This document shows positions 62,001 through 64,000 of a DNA stretch of 64,000 bases, one piece after another. A model generated the notes under the pieces. That model searched no databases and was not told where the DNA came from. It was given only the letters and a program-made list of their open reading frames with translations. Every line of letters starts with the position of its first letter. The stretch's first letter is position 1. A program made the position numbers and the translations under genes. The stretch is from positions 54,064,001-54,128,000 of the forward strand of contig OZ024741.1 in NCBI GenBank assembly GCA_964016885.1. Direction: 5' to 3'. This DNA is from Eledone cirrhosa (Eukaryota).

Positions 62001-64000
62001 TTGTTACTGTTGTTGTTGATGTTGTTACTGTTGTTGTTACTGTTGTTGTTACAGTTGTTGTTACTGTTGTTGTTACTGTTGTTGTTGCTGTTGTTGTTAC
62101 TGTTGTTGTTACTGTTGTTGTTGTTACTGTTGTTGTTACTGTTGTTACTGTTGTTGTTACTGTTGTTGTTACAGTTGTTGTTACTGTTGTTGTTACTGTT
62201 GTTGTTACTGTTGTTGTTACTGTTGTTGTTACTGTTGTTGTTGTTATTGTTGTTGTTACTGTTGTTACTGTTGTTGTTACTGTTGTTGTTACAGTTGTTG
62301 TTACTGTTGTTGTTACTGTTGTTGTTACTGTTGTTGTTGTTATTGTTTTTGTTACTGTTTTTGTTACTGTTGTTGTTAATGTTGTTGTTACTGTTGTTGT
62401 TACTGTTGTTGTTACTGTTGTTGTTACTGTTGTTGTTGTTATTGTTGTTGTTACTGTTTTTGTTACTGTTGTTGTTACTGTTGTTGTTACTGTTGTTGTT
62501 ACTGTTGTTGTTACTGTTGTTGTTGTTATTGTTGTTGTTACTGTTGTTACTGTTGTTGTTACTGTTGTTGTTACAGTTGTTGTTACTGTTGTTGTTACTG
62601 TTGTTGTTACTGTTGTTGTTACTGTTGTTGTTACTGTTGTTACTGTTGTTGTTACTGTTGTTACTGTTGTTGTTACTGTTGTTGTTAATGTTGTTGTTAC
62701 TGTTGTTGTTACTGTTGTTGTTACTGTTGTTGTTACTGTTGTTGATTTTATTGTTGTTGTTAATGTTTTTGTTACTGTTGTTGTTAATGTTGTTGTTACT
62801 GTTGTTGTTACTGTTGTTGTTACTGTTGTTGTTACTGTTGTTGTTGTTATTGTTGTTGTTACTGTTGTTGTTACTGTTGTTGTTACTGTTGTTGTTGTTA
62901 TTGTTGTTGTTACTGTTTTTGTTACTGATGTTGTTACTGTTGTTGTTACTGTTGTTGTTACTGTTGTTGTTACTGTTGTTGTTACTGTTGTTACTGTTGT
63001 TATTACTGTTGTTGTTACTGTTGTTGCTACTGTTGTTGTTACTGTTGTTGTTACTGTTGTTGTTACTGTTGTTGTTGTTATTGTTGTTGTTACTGTTTTT
63101 GTTAATGTTGTTGTTAATGTTGTTGTTACTGTTGTTGTTACTGTTGTTGTTACTGTTGTTGTCGTTATTGTTGTTGTTACTGTTGTTGTTACTGTTGTTG
63201 TTACTGTTGTTGTTGTTATTGTTGTTGTTACTGTTTTTGTTACTGTTGTTGTTACTGTTGTTGTTACTGTTGTTGTTACTGTTGTTGTTACTGTTGTTAC
63301 TGTTGTTGTTACTGTTGTTGTTACTGTTGTTGTTACAGTTGTTGTCACTGTTGTTGTTACTGTTGTTGTTACTGTTGTTACTGTTGTTGTTACTGTTGTT
63401 GTTACTGTTGTTGTTACTGTTGTTGTTGTTATTGTTGTTGTTACTGTTTTTGTTACTGTTGTTGTTACTGTTGTTGTTACTGTTGTTGTTACTGTTGTTG
63501 TTACTGTTGTTGTTGTTATTGTTGTTGTTACTGTTGTTACTGTTGTTGTTACTGTTGTTGTTACAGTTGTTGTTACTGTTGTTGTTACTGTTGTTGTTAC
63601 TGTTGTTGTTACTGTTGTTGTTACTGTTGTTACTGTTGTTGTTACTGTTGTTACTGTTGTTGTTACTGTTGTTGTTAATGTTGTTGTTACTGTTGTTGTT
63701 ACTGTTGTTGTTACTGTTGTTGTTACTGTTGTTGATTTTATTGTTGTTGTTAATGTTTTTGTTACTGTTGTTGTTAATGTTGTTGTTACTGTTGTTGTTA
63801 CTGTTGTTGTTACTGTTGTTGTTACTGTTGTTGTTGTTATTGTTGTTGTTACTGTTGTTGTTACTGTTGTTGTTACTGTTGTTGTTACAGTTGTTGTTAC
63901 TGTTGTTGTTACTGTTGTTGTTACTGTTGTTGTTGTTATTGTTGTTGTTACTGTTTTTGTTACTGATGTTGTTACTGTTGTTGTTACTGTTGTTGTTACT

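Larger units (their letters stand above)
6236..64000 (+). repeat. Giant tandem satellite, consensus (GTTGTTGTTACT)n with 9/12/15-nt length variants and GCT/GAT/ATT/TCT/GTC/ACA substitutions; at least 57.7 kb, open at the right edge
   Basis: Directly visible over the whole interval in one orientation, with no unique sequence inserted. Confidence 0.99.

Noticed and set aside
6196-63348. Dozens of very long plus-strand ORFs (poly-Leu, Val/Thr, Cys/Tyr) as genes
   Set aside because: They follow directly from the 12-bp repeat lacking stop codons. They overlap in several frames, mostly use TTG/CTG/GTG starts and have no domain content.
6236-64000. Pure sequencing or assembly artefact
   Set aside because: Specific rare variants recur at consistent kb-scale offsets with small copy-specific differences, which random error would not produce. 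Exact copy number still needs read-level confirmation.

Overview
Eukaryotic (animal) genomic DNA with no intact protein-coding gene. (1) 1-~4816: a decayed minus-strand DNA transposon. Its ~1,500-codon ORF is broken by stops and frameshifts but still shows an N-terminal Cys/His region, a DDE-like transposase core and a C-terminal XPG/FEN1-like nuclease domain. This is the Academ (AcademX) architecture, and the element continues past the left edge. (2) ~4860-5810: AT-rich spacer with (ATT)n microsatellites, five head-to-tail copies or fragments of a tRNA-headed Deu/Nin-domain SINE (resembling cephalopod SINEs; taxon is an inference) and a tiny RLE-type LINE fragment. (3) ~6236-64000 (90% of the window, running off the right edge): a single-orientation, insertion-free satellite built on GTTGTTGTTACT with (GTT)2-4-ACT/GCT variants. 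Rare variant triplets and 1-nt indels reveal nested higher-order repeats (about 0.4, 0.5, 1.0, 1.3-1.4, 1.9, 2.8, 3.4, 5.0, 5.9 and 11.4 kb offsets) arranged in layered domains. The huge poly-Leu, Val/Thr and Thr-rich ORFs in the track are best explained as by-products of this repeat.
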